Shown here: positions 51,554 to 59,986 of the stretch, piece after piece
Position numbering within the stretch: the first letter of the stretch is position 1
Layout: every line of letters begins with the position of its first letter
NCBI GenBank assembly: GCA_963826715.1
Contig: CAWGYA010000008.1
Coordinates: 128,001-192,000, forward strand
Length of the DNA stretch: 64,000 nt
Source of the DNA: Candidatus Bathyarchaeota archaeon
GTDB lineage: Archaea; Thermoproteota; Bathyarchaeia; Bathyarchaeales; Bathycorpusculaceae
Direction: 5' to 3'
Position numbers and translations under genes: made by a program
The notes under the pieces: generated by a model
What the model was told of the DNA's origin: nothing
Databases searched by the model: none
What the model saw: only the letters and a program-made list of their open reading frames with translations

Positions 51554-51871
51554 TTATTGTGCTGGGGCTTTTATTGCCTCAGAGACGACATTAGCGACCG
51601 CATAAAGGTGATTGCATCGACTTTTTTCGGCTGGTTTAACGTATGCGATTTTGCCCTCCTTTTTCAGCGTTGCCATTTTTGTTCGAATATAGGCGCGTCC
51701 TTGGTCAGCGTCTTTAATGCCTAATTTATCGCTGATTTCGCGCGATGATGCAGGATGCCCAACGTTTTGAACGGCTGTTATAAGCTGTTCAGTTGAGAAA
51801 TTCAGTTTTGCGTTTTGGGTTTTAGTTTTTGAGGTTTTTGTTTTGGGTGTTTTTGACATATGATTCACCAT
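51554..51871 (-). CDS. Small basic winged-helix DNA-binding protein
   Basis: ASSREIS.KLG......R...R..M..L.KEGKI pattern. Confidence 0.75.
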   Translation of the reverse strand: MVNHMSKTPKTKTSKTKTQNAKLNFSTEQLITAVQNVGHPASSREISDKLGIKDADQGRAYIRTKMATLKKEGKIAYVKPAEKSRCNHLYAVANVVSEAIKAPAQ

Positions 51872-52123
51872 ACATGTACAATATTTAGGCGCTGATTTAA
51901 CCCGTCTTGACTGTTTAGGGCTTGCTTTGAGTCTGTTACACTAAAACATCGTTGAAGCTGTCTCGTACAAGAATTAGGGAATCATGGGTTAAGTCTTTTG
52001 AGAATTGATGCTTTAAAACGCGCGAGCGTTTAAGGTCGAATAAGGTGCGAAAACTTTGCCTTACCGTCGCAAGTACCAATGGTGAAATTTCAGATTTCAA
52101 AAATCCAGAATTGCTGGAATAAC

Positions 52124-52453
52124 TTTGGAATTGCGAAATTTCATTTTTACGGAATTCAACGCTACATTATCAAGGGAGTCATATGAAAAAACGTTTATAC
52201 AATTTAACAAAAAGGTTCCTCTTCATACAAGCCAAATTATTCCCTAATATTGTAATTCCGCAATTCCAAAAAACAGTTATGCTGTCACAGCTTCGACACC
52301 ATGATTCCGAAATTGCGGAATTTCACATTTACGGAATTCTTGTCAACTATTGAAAGGGAGGATGTTATTTGTAAAAATGTTTGAACGATATTTCTTCCTA
52401 TATTACAAAACCCTTTGATGAAATGCATAAACCTGTAATTCCGCAATTCCAAA
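52124..52453. repeat. Two tandem ~145-bp units (period ~183 bp), each bounded by ~20-bp inverted repeats
   Basis: TGTAATTCCGCAATTCCAAA is identical at 52251 and 52434. Inverted partners lie at 52124-52143 (18/20) and 52309-52325. Both units contain TTTACGGAATTC and AAGGGAG. Confidence 0.85.
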
Positions 52454-52480
52454 TAAAAAATAAAAAGAAAAAATAAGGAG

Positions 52481-53608
52481 CTATTGTGCCAAAGTTATCA
52501 GCCATTCTGTACCTGAACCGCGTTCTTTATTGATGTAATGATATGCTTCAAGTTTCTTGACTAGTCGAGATGCAGTAGCTTCATCGATGTTGAGATATTC
52601 CGCGATTTCTTTTTGATTCGATTGCTTTTCTCTCAACAGATGCAAAGTTTTAACAGCCATTTCTTTATGCTCTTTATTGTTCTGGAATAAATCTGTCAAT
52701 TCTAAATCCATGTCAGCGACTAATTGCTTTGTGGTTATTTCCTTCTTGATTATCTCTGATGTTATCGGGAAAATGTTATCGCTTAAAGCTGTGGCTTCAA
52801 TGCTTCTTTTTATGTACTTCAAGTAACGTCTGAATATGCCTCTGCTTAACTGTGCAGTTAACAGCAAAGCGTCTTCAGTAAATGGTTCTGTGTTGCCCCA
52901 TTTGCTTTTGTATGCTTCAACCATTTCATAGGGCTTCATCGGTGAAAGTTCAACAGCAATCATTTTTCCGAGAAAGAAATGCCCTGCATACATCTCTTTT
53001 TGTATGCCTAAAACAAAAGTCGGCAAAGTTGCTTTCTTGAACACATCGTATTCGGTTATTATGGTGCCTTCTGTCCTTGTAGCACTTTCCGATGTTCTCG
53101 AATCAGCTATCTGTTTCCATATACTTTCTATGCTTCGCAAGTCCTTGCTCATGGCATCTTTGTTTTTCTTGTTGTAGTCTGGAAGGTCAATGAATATCAT
53201 ATTGAAGCTTGAAAGGAAGGCTATGTTTGAAGCATATGGCAATCTCTCGATTATGGTCTTGCCTTCATTCATGAATTGGGCTTCTTTTTCCCTTAACCTT
53301 GTTTCCCAGTCAGGAAGCCAACGGAAAAACAGCGTCTTGATTCCTTTCGCTTTAAAATGGTTAGCCAGCATTTCTAACGTTCGACTTTTGCCTATGCCTT
53401 GAAGACCTATTACACCTATGAAGCCTTCATTAGAGTGCGATAGCATGAATATCAAGCGTTTAGCGTCGTCAGTCATGTAGAAGTTCTCGCTTGCATCCTT
53501 GATGGCTTCCCCTTGCAGATGGGTCGCCCAGTCGTAAACAATGCCTGCCTTCTGCATTGCTGGGTTTGTTCGTGCTTCACGTAATATTTTCAAACATCGT
53601 CCCATCAT
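52481..53608 (-). CDS. P-loop ATPase with AAA+-like lid and C-terminal MarR-type winged helix
   Basis: Walker A GLQGIGKS, Walker B IFID, lid-like FTEDAL...A..SRG..R, and Q.EIAEYL.I..ATASR.VKKLE HTH. Confidence 0.82.
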   Translation of the reverse strand: MMGRCLKILREARTNPAMQKAGIVYDWATHLQGEAIKDASENFYMTDDAKRLIFMLSHSNEGFIGVIGLQGIGKSRTLEMLANHFKAKGIKTLFFRWLPDWETRLREKEAQFMNEGKTIIERLPYASNIAFLSSFNMIFIDLPDYNKKNKDAMSKDLRSIESIWKQIADSRTSESATRTEGTIITEYDVFKKATLPTFVLGIQKEMYAGHFFLGKMIAVELSPMKPYEMVEAYKSKWGNTEPFTEDALLLTAQLSRGIFRRYLKYIKRSIEATALSDNIFPITSEIIKKEITTKQLVADMDLELTDLFQNNKEHKEMAVKTLHLLREKQSNQKEIAEYLNIDEATASRLVKKLEAYHYINKERGSGTEWLITLAQ

Positions 53609-53916
53609 AATAATTCCTCAATATTTTGTAGCGGAGAAATTACGCAATTCCGTTTTGCTTTTGGGCGTTCATCGTAGATTATGCCTTTCTCGTCAGCAAT
53701 CACCATGATTTCTCGTTTAGAGGGCAACTTCCCTACCATTTCTGTGCAGAGGTCAAAGCAGATTTTATCTATCTCCGATTCACTGCCTTCGAAGATTAGC
53801 TTAACAAAGTTTTCATCTAACAGTTCTTCGGATAACTTTGTGATTGGAAGGTTGAGTTGTTTTGCGAAGTCGTTTTTGGCTATGATTATTAGCGTTTTAT
53901 TTTTTGTGTTTTCCAT
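53605..53916 (-). CDS. Hypothetical protein
   Basis: GAGGT SD; stop overlaps the ATPase start (ATGA). Confidence 0.7.
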   Translation of the reverse strand: MENTKNKTLIIIAKNDFAKQLNLPITKLSEELLDENFVKLIFEGSESEIDKICFDLCTEMVGKLPSKREIMVIADEKGIIYDERPKAKRNCVISPLQNIEELL

Positions 53917-54069
53917 ATTGTATTACCTCATGTTGTTTTGCTTTAGCTTTGTCAAACACTCTTCCCGAAGCAAACGATTGAAGCCAGAACGAAACTGAGG
54001 AGTCGATGAGGAAAAATGACCTCAACCGTTTCCCTTTTCGGGAGTGTTTAGACTTTACTAAAGCTGAAG

Positions 54070-54987
54070 CTAATGCACCTCCTTTCCGTAGCCTGAGCGT
54101 CTTATGGCTTGTTCCACGTAACGTCTCGAAGAGATTTCGTCGGTTGTTAGGGGTGATGGAAATGGAACGTTTGCCGTTTCATTGGTTAGAAATTGAAGCT
54201 GGGAAAGGAGACATTCGTACTGTCGTTGGAGGTCGTGAAATTCTTCCAGATTATCCGAGAATGTTTTTGCCAATTGAATGCTGGGCGCTCCATTTTGAAG
54301 GGTCTTCCATGCTTCACGGTTAGCTTGGACAACGATTGGTCGAATAGTTGTAGCTTTTTTGGTTATCTCTTTCAGCTTGGTTTTTATTTCTTTGATTCGT
54401 GGGCTGTTTTGTCTTTTAGAAATTTCGGCTTCATAGATTGCAATTCGGCGTTTGCGAATAACTATTGCCTTTTCAAGAACAGCGATTTCAGCTTTAGCCA
54501 ACTTTTCTCGGTAAGGATAATCCGATGATGAGATGAGTTCAATGCCGTTGCCATTTTGAATTTCAATTGTTTCGTGTTTTTCAGCTTTCTTCTTTGTTTC
54601 TTCACTAAGTATTGTTGTTAAGCGAAATTGTATGGCTTCGATGTATCCATCGACTTTTGAACGTTCGTTTTCGCTATCTTTTGTTAATTCCCGAAATTTC
54701 AGCGTGTTGGCATATGTTTTGATTATTTCATCGATGTCTTCGGAATTGTTGTAAGTGTGATTGCCTGCAATTTTGTCTCCCAAATTCAAAAATAACTTAA
54801 CTTCTCGTTTCTCATTATCCCGTGTCGCTTCTCCCTGAAGCCTCTTTAGCTCTGCTTCATATTCTTCCTTGGTTGCGTTCCCTGCCTTGTATGCAAGTTG
54901 AACGGCTGATTCGTTATAACGGGAAATGGTTGCTGAGCCTATTCTGTGATGTATTATTACTAATTCAATGTCTTTTTCGTCTGTCGT
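54070..54987 (-). CDS. Coiled-coil-rich hypothetical protein (start uncertain, possibly ACG)
   Basis: Long E/K-rich helical ORF. The track's start overlaps the upstream gene; ACG-ACA-GAC-GAA follows a GGGGGG run and the upstream stop. Confidence 0.7.
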   Translation of the reverse strand, partial: TTDEKDIELVIIHHRIGSATISRYNESAVQLAYKAGNATKEEYEAELKRLQGEATRDNEKREVKLFLNLGDKIAGNHTYNNSEDIDEIIKTYANTLKFRELTKDSENERSKVDGYIEAIQFRLTTILSEETKKKAEKHETIEIQNGNGIELISSSDYPYREKLAKAEIAVLEKAIVIRKRRIAIYEAEISKRQNSPRIKEIKTKLKEITKKATTIRPIVVQANREAWKTLQNGAPSIQLAKTFSDNLEEFHDLQRQYECLLSQLQFLTNETANVPFPSPLTTDEISSRRYVEQAIRRSGYGKEVH

Positions 54988-54988
54988 T

Positions 54989-55189
54989 TTACTTCCCCCC
55001 TTTTTGCTCGAATAAATCAAGGCATTTGTTGAGAAATTCATCATACGTGAGTGCCCGAGAACACAACAATTTAAGCCGTTCAAGGGTTCCCCGTTTGATG
55101 TTTATGCTTGTCAATTCTTCATACAATTTTAATTCCTCATTGTTTTCATTTTTTACATGATATACAATTGAACAACGTTTATATGACAA
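54989..55189 (-). CDS. Small RHH-like DNA-binding protein
   Basis: TSI.I.R.TLERLK......TYDEFL...L pattern. Confidence 0.65.
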   Translation of the reverse strand: MSYKRCSIVYHVKNENNEELKLYEELTSINIKRGTLERLKLLCSRALTYDEFLNKCLDLFEQKGGK

Positions 55190-55224
55190 ATATCGTACAT
55201 TTTATTTCATAAAATGAACAAAAA

Positions 55225-55746
55225 TTGTACATGGTGAAACATTTGTTATCAAAAGGCATGAAGAAATATGTATTAAGCGAGGACAAATCGGGTTACGATA
55301 AAGGCACTCAAAATACGTACAACTATCGCTTAAGAATAGACGTTAGGGAAGCAATTGAAGACCTTACCATGATACTTCAAAAACTGCCTGAGTCAGAATT
55401 GGAAGGTTTGTTTAATGACCGCACAATGGCACCCTTTTTTGAGGCATTGTTTAAAGTGCAAATAAATGCCAAAGACCATGAAGAATGGATACAGAAGAAG
55501 CATTCAAAGGAAATAAGAGTAAAACGGCAACGTTTGTTTAGATTGTCAAAAAGGGTGCTCGACATCGTAAGCAAAGGCTCTTTCGTTTCAACAATTTTAC
55601 CTGAAAGCTCAAAACATCATCTCGGTGATAAGATTGGGGTTCACGAAAAGAACCTGATAGAGATGTTTAAGATAGACAGAAATGCGCTTGAATATGATGA
55701 AAACTTTGCGAATAACGACACAAACAAAAAGAAGAATAACGGTTAA
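55225..55746 (+). CDS. Hypothetical protein, divergent from the element core operon
   Basis: 173-aa ORF converging on the integrase stop. Confidence 0.65.
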   Translation: MYMVKHLLSKGMKKYVLSEDKSGYDKGTQNTYNYRLRIDVREAIEDLTMILQKLPESELEGLFNDRTMAPFFEALFKVQINAKDHEEWIQKKHSKEIRVKRQRLFRLSKRVLDIVSKGSFVSTILPESSKHHLGDKIGVHEKNLIEMFKIDRNALEYDENFANNDTNKKKNNG

Positions 55747-56987
55747 TCGTTACTCACAACGATTTTCCCGCTTGGAAGCGTAGTTACAACCTGATAGCCG
55801 TCAGCTAACAGTTCAGGTAATTCGCTTTCGTTCACAATGCGCTGACAATGTTTGCCGTCAGTACAACCTTTAGCTTTTGGTTTAACCGTTTTAATTTTTT
55901 CCTCTGTTGCTTCTTCCAAAACATCAACTTCATCCTTAATGTTAAGTTCGCGTCCAAGAACAATGGATTTCTGTCGAAAGATTGTTTTCATTTCGCCATC
56001 GCTTAAACCTTGCAGTTTCGCAAGCATCAACAACGCTTGTTTCTTAGCCATCAATTCCATATCACCTTGCTCAAAAGATTTAACGAAAGTTGTTTCGCCC
56101 ATAGCACGTTGATAATCTTCCCTCAATTGGTCGGGGCTAACGTATGCGCTTTCAGGAACAGTTTTACCGACAATTTGTTTCCATTTGCTTTCAGACATAT
56201 AGTTGCTTAAATGGTCAATCAAAAACTTACGCAAACAGTGAAAGCGTATGTTCTTGTTACCGTATTTTATCCCTGCCTTATCAGCTACACGCAGAAGAAT
56301 TCGAGAAAGCTGAATTTCATCACGATATTTCAGAATACGCTCATTAGCATCTGTGCGTCCATCCCTGCTCATTTGCTCAAGAAACATCTTCACAACAGGT
56401 TTAGCGTCTGTGTCTATGAACGGAAAGGCAGTAACGTTTTCCTTTTGAGTGCATAATTCACCTATGCTGATTGGCGATTCACGGTCAATGTATGCTTCCA
56501 AATCACCGCGTCTTAAACCAATGAAGTCGCCAGCTCGCAAGCCGAAAGATTTGCCAACCGTAATGATGTATTTTTCAGTTAAGTCAGCGTGGTCACACAT
56601 TTTCTTTAAATCGTCTTTGCTGAAGCGATAGTCCTCTTGAACTCTTTTATATTCAGTTAATTTCGCCTTTTCGGTGTTTCTGAACTCTAAGCCTAATCGG
56701 TGGTATGCAAAGAAGGAGCGAACAGAAGTTATAGCGACAACGCCTGAACCTGAGCTTTGTTTTTTGTTTTCCATCACCCAAGGTTTGAAAGTTAAAGTTT
56801 TTTTCTCCCAAGAGTATTCTTTGTCTGTTTTGCGGTTTACAAGAATTTGGTCGCCTGTCATACCAACGTATTCAAGAAAATATCTCCACATTGTTTGATA
56901 ACTTGACTTTGTTGATTTCTTTAAACTATTCAACCATTCATTGGTTGCTAAATCGTTTGGAAACCACTCGTTTGTTTTTACGTTCAT
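55743..56987 (-). CDS. Tyrosine recombinase/integrase
   Basis: GLR.GD (R), K, FHCLRKF (HxxR), VGK...SAY (Tyr nucleophile) and a long C-terminal extension. ATG at 56987 follows GAGG; alternative start 57005. Confidence 0.93.
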   Translation of the reverse strand: MNVKTNEWFPNDLATNEWLNSLKKSTKSSYQTMWRYFLEYVGMTGDQILVNRKTDKEYSWEKKTLTFKPWVMENKKQSSGSGVVAITSVRSFFAYHRLGLEFRNTEKAKLTEYKRVQEDYRFSKDDLKKMCDHADLTEKYIITVGKSFGLRAGDFIGLRRGDLEAYIDRESPISIGELCTQKENVTAFPFIDTDAKPVVKMFLEQMSRDGRTDANERILKYRDEIQLSRILLRVADKAGIKYGNKNIRFHCLRKFLIDHLSNYMSESKWKQIVGKTVPESAYVSPDQLREDYQRAMGETTFVKSFEQGDMELMAKKQALLMLAKLQGLSDGEMKTIFRQKSIVLGRELNIKDEVDVLEEATEEKIKTVKPKAKGCTDGKHCQRIVNESELPELLADGYQVVTTLPSGKIVVSND

Positions 56988-57040
56988 ATTTATGTTCCTC
57001 AACATGAACGTATGTCAGTGCCATATTTATACGAGTCCGT

Positions 57041-57054
57041 AAACTGATTTTAAT
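57041..57054 (-). repeat. Right terminal inverted repeat AAACTGATTTTAAT
   Basis: Exact reverse complement of 46403-46416; about 50 nt upstream of the integrase start. Confidence 0.75.
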
Positions 57055-57295
57055 AATAGTTTTTTTTAAAATAAATAGCTCAAAGCTATTTGCAAATTTA
57101 AAGAATATTCGGTCTTTTGAAAGCTAAATATATTCTACAAAATTTTCGAAAACGAAGACCTGCGATGTTAAAGCACCAATGAAAATGGTAATTTAACAAA
57201 AAAGGGGAGCACCAAACCATCATAGATGTATTTATAAAGAAAGGTTCCGATAAAATGATATTTAAAGGCGGGTTAAAAGCAAGGAGTGAAAATAA

Positions 57296-57865
57296 TTGCC
57301 CAAAGTGAAGGCGACAATAAGCATTGAAAACGTGGTCGCTTCTGCAACAATAAACCAAAAAGTCGACTTAAATTCAGTTGTTAAGGGCTATCCGAGTGTG
57401 GAATACCGACCTGAACAATTCCCAGGTCTAGTTTTTAGGCTAAAACGTCCAAAAACTGCAACCTTGATTTTTAGTTCCGGAAAAATGGTTTGCACCGGGG
57501 CTAAATCAGAGAAAGAAGCAAAACGAGCCGTCACGAAAGTGGTTAAGGAACTAAAAAAAGGCGGTATCATCATCATTAGCAAACCTGAAATGAAAATTCA
57601 GAACATCGTAGCTTCAGGTGGACTTGGTGGAATGATAGACCTAGAAAAAGCTGCATATACCCTTGGGCATGCCATGTATGAACCAGAGCAGTTTCCCGGA
57701 TTAATTTACCGAATGGAAGATCCCAAAGTAGTGATCCTACTTTTTGCCAGCGGTAAACTAGTCTGCACAGGCGCGAAACGGGAACCGGACGTATATACAG
57801 CCGTAGAAAAATTGCATTCACTACTGGAAGAAACCGATCTTATTTTTTACGAGCAATCAGTTTAG
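57296..57865 (+). CDS. tbp: TATA-box-binding protein
   Basis: Two repeats of NVVAS/NIVAS, Y.PEQFPGL..R and LIFSSGK.VCTGAK. Confidence 0.99.
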   Translation: MPKVKATISIENVVASATINQKVDLNSVVKGYPSVEYRPEQFPGLVFRLKRPKTATLIFSSGKMVCTGAKSEKEAKRAVTKVVKELKKGGIIIISKPEMKIQNIVASGGLGGMIDLEKAAYTLGHAMYEPEQFPGLIYRMEDPKVVILLFASGKLVCTGAKREPDVYTAVEKLHSLLEETDLIFYEQSV

Positions 57866-58488
57866 TGTTTAACTTGTTTTAAAATTGTTTTGAAACTTTC
57901 TTGTTCAATTGCGCCAACAATATAGAGTATTTTTGCGACCTCACTGATTTTTAGTAACGCATGAACATTCACACCGTTCTGCTCCAGCAGTTCTTTTCCG
58001 CCTTCTTCGCGGTCCAAAAACACAACAGAATCCGTCACAATTCCTCCTTCAGCCTGGATAGCGTCTACGGCGTTTTTAATCGTCAATCCAGTCGTTAATA
58101 AATCATCAATCACAAGTACTTCGTCGCCAGAAATCAGAATTCCTTCAACACGGCGTTTTCTGCCGTGGAGTTTTATGCCTTTGCGGACGTAGAGGAAGGG
58201 TTTTTTGAGATTATAAGCAATTTGAGATGCAAAAGATATGCCAGCAAGAGGGATACCTGAAATACGATCAAAGCTCTTCAGACCAATTTGATCAGAGATG
58301 GTTTGGGAGTATAAATCGCAAATTTCTTTAAAAGCATCTGGAAAACTGGGAATGACCCGCAAATCAACGTAGTATGGACTGGCTTTACCAGAGGATAATG
58401 TAAAGACCCCGAATTTAATTGCACCAATTTTAAAGAGAAGGCTGGCCATCTGGTTCTTTTTGTCTAACCCAATTTTCCCTATTTCCAT
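57862..58488 (-). CDS. pyrE: Orotate phosphoribosyltransferase
   Basis: FG.F.LSSG..SPYY.DLR, RK..K.HG and IDDLLTTG motifs. Confidence 0.95.
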   Translation of the reverse strand: MEIGKIGLDKKNQMASLLFKIGAIKFGVFTLSSGKASPYYVDLRVIPSFPDAFKEICDLYSQTISDQIGLKSFDRISGIPLAGISFASQIAYNLKKPFLYVRKGIKLHGRKRRVEGILISGDEVLVIDDLLTTGLTIKNAVDAIQAEGGIVTDSVVFLDREEGGKELLEQNGVNVHALLKISEVAKILYIVGAIEQESFKTILKQVKH

Positions 58489-58492
58489 TTTT

Positions 58493-59182
58493 TCACGTCA
58501 ATTTAGAAACTTGGTATATTCGGTCTTGCTGAGGTATCAAACACGCAGTTCTGCGTAGATCTCGTTTAAGCAGCTCAGCGAATTCATTTTGGCTCTGGAC
58601 GGAACCGGTGTGGTAAGGAACGGCAAGTGGTGGATTTGTTAAGCGCGCGATTTCAAAACCGGTTTCGGGACTGTGACCTGGTGCGATACCAACACTGCAA
58701 AAGACCACGTCGAACTTTTCCCGCTGCGCCAAAAGCGTCAACTCGGGAAAAGGAAGACTGTCAGCTGTGTGGTACATTTTGACGTTGTCCTCGCTGGTTA
58801 TTATATATGTGACTGGCGCTTGGGCATTGTGGTTACATTTTTCTGCTTTGATTGTGACTCCACCAATTTTAGTAACTTGCCCCGGTTTGATTTCCTGAAG
58901 CTTGTCGGTAGGGATATTGAGTTGAAGTTTTTTAGCGGAGGCTTGGTCCGCGATAACTCTACAACCTGTAGAGTTTTGCAATGCAGCAACAAGCGGGGGG
59001 TCAAGGTGATCGTAGTGTTCATGAGTAACTAGGATGGCGTCGAGCACGGGGAAGTCTTTTGGTCTAATATCTACAGGATCAATAGCTAATGTTTTAGTAG
59101 GGGTTTTAATCAGGATGCCCGCATATTGATTGAACCAAACAAAGAAGAGCGTGTTGGCCTCAGGTATTTTTTGTATGGACAA
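58493..59182 (-). CDS. Metallo-beta-lactamase-fold hydrolase
   Basis: THEHYDH, H, D and PYH motifs; TTG start after GAGG. Confidence 0.88.
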   Translation of the reverse strand: MSIQKIPEANTLFFVWFNQYAGILIKTPTKTLAIDPVDIRPKDFPVLDAILVTHEHYDHLDPPLVAALQNSTGCRVIADQASAKKLQLNIPTDKLQEIKPGQVTKIGGVTIKAEKCNHNAQAPVTYIITSEDNVKMYHTADSLPFPELTLLAQREKFDVVFCSVGIAPGHSPETGFEIARLTNPPLAVPYHTGSVQSQNEFAELLKRDLRRTACLIPQQDRIYQVSKLT

Positions 59183-59265
59183 ACTTGATTCCTCACATCT
59201 ATATACGACTCTGGTTTTAAAGAAGTTACGCATTACTTTAAAGTTGTAAAAGAGGATGAGAAAGT

Positions 59266-59904
59266 ATGTCAGAGAAATCTATCTCTGAACGCGGCAAAGA
59301 AACACTGAAGTGGATACAGAAAGAGCAGAAGCTTAACGGTTTAGGAATGGTTGAATCCAATAAAATCCCGGATCAAGATGCGCTTCGTTTTCTTCTTCGA
59401 AAGAGCGATGTATTTGAGCCACAACAGGGCATGATAAAGTCTCTTGTGGAACCGGAAAGTGAAGAGTCAGTTGAGTTCCCTGATCATAAACCGTGGATTT
59501 GGAGAAAGCCCAAACCTAAGAAAAAGGGCGATGTACCAGAGCCATATGAGTTTCTGGCTTACCCTGATTGGAATATACTCCCAGCAACGGTTGCTGCAGC
59601 TTTAAGGGATATGGGTTTTGGCAGCACCCCTTATTTGTTTGGCAGTTATAGTTACCGAAAGATAGGTGGAGGAGCTCTTCGCCGCAAGATGAAAGGAAAT
59701 TATTCCAAAGAGGTTTTGCTGGAAGAACTTAAGCTGACAAAAACAGAAGCCGAATTGGCAGAGATTAAACAAAAAATCAACGACGTAATTGCAGAAAAGA
59801 CGAACAAAGCAAAGCAGATCTCTGAAGTGCAGGTATGCTCTGGAATAATATATTACCCAAAGGACAGAAGTTTTAGTTTACAAGAAAACAAGAAGCAAGC
59901 GTGA
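59266..59904 (+). CDS. Hypothetical protein
   Basis: 212-aa ORF with GAGG SD; no family recognised. Confidence 0.7.
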   Translation: MSEKSISERGKETLKWIQKEQKLNGLGMVESNKIPDQDALRFLLRKSDVFEPQQGMIKSLVEPESEESVEFPDHKPWIWRKPKPKKKGDVPEPYEFLAYPDWNILPATVAAALRDMGFGSTPYLFGSYSYRKIGGGALRRKMKGNYSKEVLLEELKLTKTEAELAEIKQKINDVIAEKTNKAKQISEVQVCSGIIYYPKDRSFSLQENKKQA

Positions 59905-59986
59905 GCGGATAATTTCCGCAGCCTTGTTTTGATAAGGCTTAATAGTTTCTAACACCGAGTACATCTAAACTGCAACGTGAATCTTT

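Larger units (their letters stand above)
46403..57054. mobile_element. 10.65-kb tyrosine-recombinase integrative element between cren7 and tbp
   Basis: Perfect 14-bp terminal inverted repeats, integrase at the right end, no recognisable housekeeping genes inside, housekeeping genes on both sides. Confidence 0.85.

Noticed and set aside
52124-52453. CRISPR array
   Set aside because: Repeats alternate in orientation, spacing is far longer than CRISPR spacers, and there are no cas genes.
46383-57073. 13-bp direct repeat TTTTTTTAAAATA at both flanks as a transposase target-site duplication
   Set aside because: It is low complexity, offset 6-7 nt from the inverted repeats, and no DDE transposase or casposase is encoded. 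It is better explained as host-side arms for the tyrosine recombinase, though a short att core cannot be excluded.
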